A stretch of 24,000 nucleotides of DNA, taken from the sequence record MH479923.1, one strand, 5' to 3'. The position numbers and the translations under genes were made by a program. The number at the start of each line of letters is the position of its first letter. Positions within the stretch are counted from its first letter, which is position 1. The notes below the pieces were generated by a model, which was not told the origin of the DNA, did no database searches, and saw only the letters and a program-made list of their open reading frames with translations. Positions 23,911-24,000 of the stretch are shown piece by piece. Source of the DNA: Gordonia phage RobinSparkles.

Positions 23911-23952
23911 CGAATCGTGCGCGATAACGTCGGTTATCGCGCAGGGCATTCG
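23911..23952. repeat. hairpin TGCGCGATAAC-GTCG-GTTATCGCGCA with outer CGAAT/ATTCG
   Basis: 11-bp perfect inner arms (23918-23928 / 23933-23943). Confidence 0.6.
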
Positions 23953-24000
23953 ATATGGGATCAATTTTTTGGAAAGGGGAGAGGTCGAAAAGCGGCGCTC

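Overview
The window looks like part of an actinobacteriophage-type genome, based on dense, short, overlapping ATGA/TGATG-coupled genes. Nearly all coding is on the minus strand (read from right to left). Recognisable elements are: a large VWA-like protein with a HELGH metalloprotease-like motif (2066-4270) paired with a MoxR/AAA+ ATPase (5706-7346); a protein with a DUF6011-like cysteine motif; two lipoproteins, one DUF732-like; an HNH endonuclease; a complete phage-borne tmRNA (12730-13145) with an unusually long predicted tag; a tRNA-Leu(UAA); and a DUF932-like protein. The most interesting signals are non-coding. (1) A ~40-bp repeat containing AAAAGCTGGCTTTTT occurs in 1, 2 and 4 copies directly upstream of three start codons. 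(2) TGTAYYA-N5-TGTATTA paired half-sites occur at two distant loci, three of them with an exact 39-bp phase. (3) There are two exact consensus parS sites (TGTTTCACGTGAAACA). One is the core of a perfect 32-bp palindrome inside a recurring intergenic cassette, and one lies just upstream of a strong-looking promoter. (4) A family of intergenic cassettes has conserved flanks (stop-codon-embedded TGAATCA ... GATTCA) around variable hairpins. (5) A ~370-nt structured non-coding tract lies next to the tRNA/tmRNA genes. All family calls are from motif recognition only; no database search was run.
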